A stretch of 62,777 nucleotides of DNA, filler included, from an uncultured bacterium (GTDB lineage: Bacteria; CAZSTA01): the NCBI GenBank assembly GCA_964609495.1. It is 15 parts of 15 records of this genome, joined end to end, with 100 filler letters (N's around TTAATTAATTAA, not from the genome) between each part and the next. Parts side by side here need not be neighbours in the genome. Positions count along the whole stretch, not along the records: positions 58,932 to 62,777 come from CAZSTA010000267.1; 14 more parts are not named here. One strand, given 5' to 3'. Numbering within the stretch: position 1 is the first letter of the stretch; every line of letters starts with the position of its first letter. This document shows, piece after piece, positions 59,329 to 62,777 of the stretch. Position numbers and translations under genes: made by a program. A model generated the notes under the pieces. It saw only the letters and a list, made by a program, of their open reading frames with translations. It had not been told where the DNA came from and did not search any database.

Positions 59329-62211
59329 TTAGCCACTTCGCCTCATCCATTGATCCACCTTTCGCACGATATCAGCACCTCTCCCCGAAGCACGCTGACA
59401 GGGAGGAAGCGCCCCCATAAACTTCATCCCGTAGGACTTGGTAAGAACTCTGTTGTCAAGGATGATCACTACTCCAATATCGGTCTTATTTCTGATGAGT
59501 CTGCCGAACCCCTGCTTGAACTTGATGACCGCTTGAGGAACGGTATAATTGGAGAAAGCATCGAGTCCTCTTCTCTGTAAAGCCTCCGATCTCGCTTGAA
59601 TGATAGGATCTGTGGGAACAGCGAAGGGAAGCTTAGCGATCACCAAACATTGAAGAGCCTCGCCAGGGATATCCACTCCCTCCCAGAAGCTAGAGGTCCC
59701 AAAGAGAACCGAGTTAATATCCTCTCGGAATTGAGCAGTCAGATTTCTTCGAGCGAAAGTGCCTTGCAGAAGAGTCGGTATTCCTCGCTCCTCTAGGGAA
59801 GGACGAATGCGCTCATAGACTGAATTCATCATCTGATAGGAGGTGAAGAGGATCAATCCTTTCCCCTCAGTAGCGGTCAAAAGATCAACTAGAAAATCGG
59901 AGATCACCTTTGTGAATTGGTGATCGTTGGGTCGAGGAATATCCATCGGCAAGCCCATCAGAACTTGCTTGCGATAGTTAAATGGTGAACCTAAGGCTAA
60001 ATCTTCTACTCTTCCTCTGGGAAGTAGATCCAATCCTAGACGTGATTTCATATACGAGAAGTCATCTCCAACCGCGAGGGTGGCGGAGGTGCAGATCACA
60101 GTGCGAGTGGGGTTGAAGATCAATTCATATAGCGAAGGTCCCACTTCGATAGGGGCGGCTCTTAGTTCACATAAGACCCCTCCATCTCTCAATTTTCTCG
60201 TCTCTATCCAGAAGACGAAATCCTCACTCTCCCCATCCAAGATAAATTGAAGATCATCCGCTACTGCGTGAATCTCAGTAGCTAGAGCTTCTAGATCTTG
60301 AAGTAAGCCCTCGTATTCTGGAATTTCATACTTCTCCAGAGCGATTAACTCGTTACCTAAACGACCCAGAGATTTGGCTAATTCACCTAGCTCGAAGATG
60401 AGCTTCTCTCCATTTGTAACGACTGTTTCCCAATCAGGATCTCTCCTTCTCTTCTTATCGAGGCGAAACTTGATACCGTATTCAGAATCCCTCTTATTAT
60501 ATTTTCGCAGGAATTTAAGACATATCTCGAAGAAATCACCAGTTATAGATTTTATAGGGGAGATCATATTTATAGAGCTCTCAATGGCATCCTCGATAAT
60601 ATCTTCCTTCTCCTTGGGTATCTCCTCACCCGAAGTGCGCAGCCTATACCTCAGATCAACTAAATAGCCGACTTCTCCCAGATTTCTATCTCTCTTATAT
60701 AGACTGTTTAATAAGTTCAACAGCTCGAAGTTGTTTATCTCCTTGCCTAAATGCTCGGTAGCGACTGCTTCGATATTATGAGCCTCATCTATTATCAAAT
60801 GCTCATAACGAGGTAGAACCGAGTTCTCCGTATCCAAATCGGTGAATAGCAAAGAGTGATTGATAATTATGATATGAGCCATTTCCGCCTTCTCTCTAAC
60901 ATTAGTTACATAGCAAAGTCTTCCCCAGGGACATTTCCTCCTTCCCAAACAGCTTTGAGCATCAGCGGATAATTTTGACCACATTCCAGTAGGAAGTGGA
61001 AGGCTTAACTCAGCTTTATCTCCACTCTCGCTCTCGGTGAGCCAAACTAGAAGGGCGGCTAAAGTTTTTCTTTCCTCAGAGGTTAGGAGATGACCGGCCT
61101 CCTGGCGGAGCAATTGCCACTTGCGTAGGCAGAGATAATTATCCCGGCCCTTGAGGAGAACAGAGCGGAAGGGAAGAGGGATAGCTTGTTTTAATAGCGG
61201 AATATCCTTGTAATATAACTGCTCTTGAAGATTTTTAGTGTTCGTGGAAACGACAACCTTCTCCTTATTCATAACCGCCCAGAAGATAGCCGGGGCTAGA
61301 TAGGCAAATGATTTCCCGACGCCTGTTCCTGCCTCCACTACCAGATGTCTCCCCCTATTGAACGCCTGACAAACTTCCTGAACCATCTCGATCTGTTGGG
61401 GACGATACTCATAATCAGCTAATAGTTCAGCCATAGCTCCATCCAAAGCGAGTATATCCGATATCTCCTCTATATCCAGATATCCCTCCTCTTCTCTATC
61501 TCCCGGCGCTCTCCAAAAAACATCCTCCTCTCTCTCCTTTCTTTGAAATGCCCTCAGGTGATCTTCCACTCTAAGAGAGGAGGATATCCTATTTGACCAA
61601 CTGGAGAAGAAGATATTTCTCTCTGCCTCTTGGAATATCCCTTTAAGGGGCCAATCAACAGGCTCCAAAATTCTATTTATCTCCCGAATTATGGGAAGAG
61701 GAATTTTATATAGCAGATCTAATAGCTTGAGGAATACCCCCGCGGTAGCCGCCGCATCAGCCGAGGCTCGGTGATGGGAAGCCAATTTCACTCCGAACAT
61801 CTCCGCGAGCTTATCGAGGCTGCGGCTGTTCAAAGTGGGCAAGAGGATGAAGGATAGCTCCAAGGTATCTAGGACTGGATTATGTAAGGTGATATGCTTA
61901 GCTAGGAACTCTTTATCCAAGGTGGCACTATGCGCCACCAAGGGTAGATCTCCTATGAAATCTTGAAACTGTCCGATGATCGCCTCTATCGAAGGAGCCC
62001 TTTTTATCATATCCTCGGTAATACCAGTAAGATCGGCTACGAAATAGGGGATATCGCGGCTGGGATTGATCAGCCAATCGAATTCATCGACTATCCTTCC
62101 CGCCTCGACCTTTACCGCTCCGATCTCTATTATCTCATCGGTAGTGGAATCCATTCCTGTCATCTCCAGATCGAAAGCTACGAAGTTTCCTTCTCTTATA
62201 TCTTCAGCCAA
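59329..62211 (-). CDS. dinG: DnaQ-exonuclease/DinG family helicase fusion
   Basis: AFDLEMTG, HHRASADA exonuclease; EAGTGVGKS, KGRDNYLC, IIDEAH, SATL, FWEGVD, QGFGRLIR. Confidence 0.92.
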   Translation of the reverse strand: MAEDIREGNFVAFDLEMTGMDSTTDEIIEIGAVKVEAGRIVDEFDWLINPSRDIPYFVADLTGITEDMIKRAPSIEAIIGQFQDFIGDLPLVAHSATLDKEFLAKHITLHNPVLDTLELSFILLPTLNSRSLDKLAEMFGVKLASHHRASADAAATAGVFLKLLDLLYKIPLPIIREINRILEPVDWPLKGIFQEAERNIFFSSWSNRISSSLRVEDHLRAFQRKEREEDVFWRAPGDREEEGYLDIEEISDILALDGAMAELLADYEYRPQQIEMVQEVCQAFNRGRHLVVEAGTGVGKSFAYLAPAIFWAVMNKEKVVVSTNTKNLQEQLYYKDIPLLKQAIPLPFRSVLLKGRDNYLCLRKWQLLRQEAGHLLTSEERKTLAALLVWLTESESGDKAELSLPLPTGMWSKLSADAQSCLGRRKCPWGRLCYVTNVREKAEMAHIIIINHSLLFTDLDTENSVLPRYEHLIIDEAHNIEAVATEHLGKEINNFELLNLLNSLYKRDRNLGEVGYLVDLRYRLRTSGEEIPKEKEDIIEDAIESSINMISPIKSITGDFFEICLKFLRKYNKRDSEYGIKFRLDKKRRRDPDWETVVTNGEKLIFELGELAKSLGRLGNELIALEKYEIPEYEGLLQDLEALATEIHAVADDLQFILDGESEDFVFWIETRKLRDGGVLCELRAAPIEVGPSLYELIFNPTRTVICTSATLAVGDDFSYMKSRLGLDLLPRGRVEDLALGSPFNYRKQVLMGLPMDIPRPNDHQFTKVISDFLVDLLTATEGKGLILFTSYQMMNSVYERIRPSLEERGIPTLLQGTFARRNLTAQFREDINSVLFGTSSFWEGVDIPGEALQCLVIAKLPFAVPTDPIIQARSEALQRRGLDAFSNYTVPQAVIKFKQGFGRLIRNKTDIGVVIILDNRVLTKSYGMKFMGALPPCQRASGRGADIVRKVDQWMRRSG

Positions 62212-62243
62212 GTTTTATCACCATTCTTTCTTATGCTTAAATT

Positions 62244-62510
62244 TCATTGGAACGTGATATCTATCGTGCTGGGTTTAGACCTAGTTATTTTCTTAGAAAA
62301 GCTATCTATATCCTCTACAATTCTGTCTATTAGTCTATTGACATTTTCCGCGGTATAACCATCAATAAACTCCTGACCACAGTTTGGGCATATTTTAGCT
62401 GGTATATTTCTAATAGTTAGATCGATCCTATCTAACTCATAAGTCATCATCGTTAGACCATCTATAACTTCTCCATCACATTCTGGACAACGAAAATCTA
62501 ATTGTATCAT
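62244..62510 (-). CDS. YgiT-type zinc finger protein
   Basis: CPECDG...IRNIPAKICPNCGQEFID. Confidence 0.8.
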   Translation of the reverse strand: MIQLDFRCPECDGEVIDGLTMMTYELDRIDLTIRNIPAKICPNCGQEFIDGYTAENVNRLIDRIVEDIDSFSKKITRSKPSTIDITFQ

Positions 62511-62522
62511 CTTATCTCCTTC

Positions 62523-62777
62523 TTATCCGAGCTCCTCCATCCACTCCCTAAATTGTGTCTCTCCTACTGCTTCTTTAATCTCATCTATCCATCGCGATAC
62601 TATACCCTCATAAGGCGAATGCAATTCGTGGAATATGATTACAGCTTGTAAGTATTTCTCCAGAGCTTGTTTATATTCTCCTTTCTCCTGATGTAGCCTC
62701 CCCAACTGACCAAGGGAGCGAGCGATCCCGCTCTTATCCCCTAACTGCCTTGCTATCTGCAAGCTTTCCTGATAGAG
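62523..62777 (-). CDS. Tetratricopeptide repeat protein, C-terminal part
   Basis: LGDKSGIARSLGQLGRL...GEYKQALEKY; runs off the window end. Confidence 0.8.
   Translation of the reverse strand, partial: LYQESLQIARQLGDKSGIARSLGQLGRLHQEKGEYKQALEKYLQAVIIFHELHSPYEGIVSRWIDEIKEAVGETQFREWMEELG

Noticed and set aside
1..62777. Genome-wide stop codon reassignment
   Set aside because: TAG, TAA and TGA all end conserved genes at expected positions; only one clear in-frame TAG was found.

Overview
This is not one continuous locus. It is about 15 short contigs (3.9-4.4 kb, in decreasing length order) joined by artificial 100-nt N...TTAATTAATTAA...N linkers, so gene neighbourhoods only mean something within a contig. 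The source looks like a draft genome of an anaerobic, probably diderm, uncultured bacterium. Content is mostly housekeeping, metabolic and envelope genes: mobB, infC, V-ATPase D, mreB, argH/M20/argR, dnaJ, cobS-cobD-cobT, a split glutamate synthase, kdgK-eda, fabZ, a sugar-1-phosphate nucleotidyltransferase and dinG. It also has surface proteins (two PKD lipoproteins, alpha-2-macroglobulin, clostripain, a beta-helix/Ig protein, a repeat-SH3 protein), a type IIG-like R-M enzyme and a Mod-type methyltransferase. I found no CRISPR array, rRNA, tRNA, reverse transcriptase or transposase, and no complete new multi-gene system. The best leads are non-coding or small: (1) a promoter-driven, rod-like candidate ncRNA divergent from mreB; (2) an exact mycobacterial PafBC/RecA-NDp-type promoter motif plus a near-LexA box upstream of a DNA-repair radical SAM gene; (3) a nested palindromic repeat family whose inner and outer units co-vary within each copy; (4) a modular boxC-like repeat family at many contig ends; (5) an in-frame TAG in V-ATPase D and an apparent ATC start for cobS; (6) an uncalled 51-aa zinc-ribbon gene; (7) a sigma-54 promoter with an upstream palindrome before glutamate synthase. 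All calls come from reading the sequence; no database searches were run.
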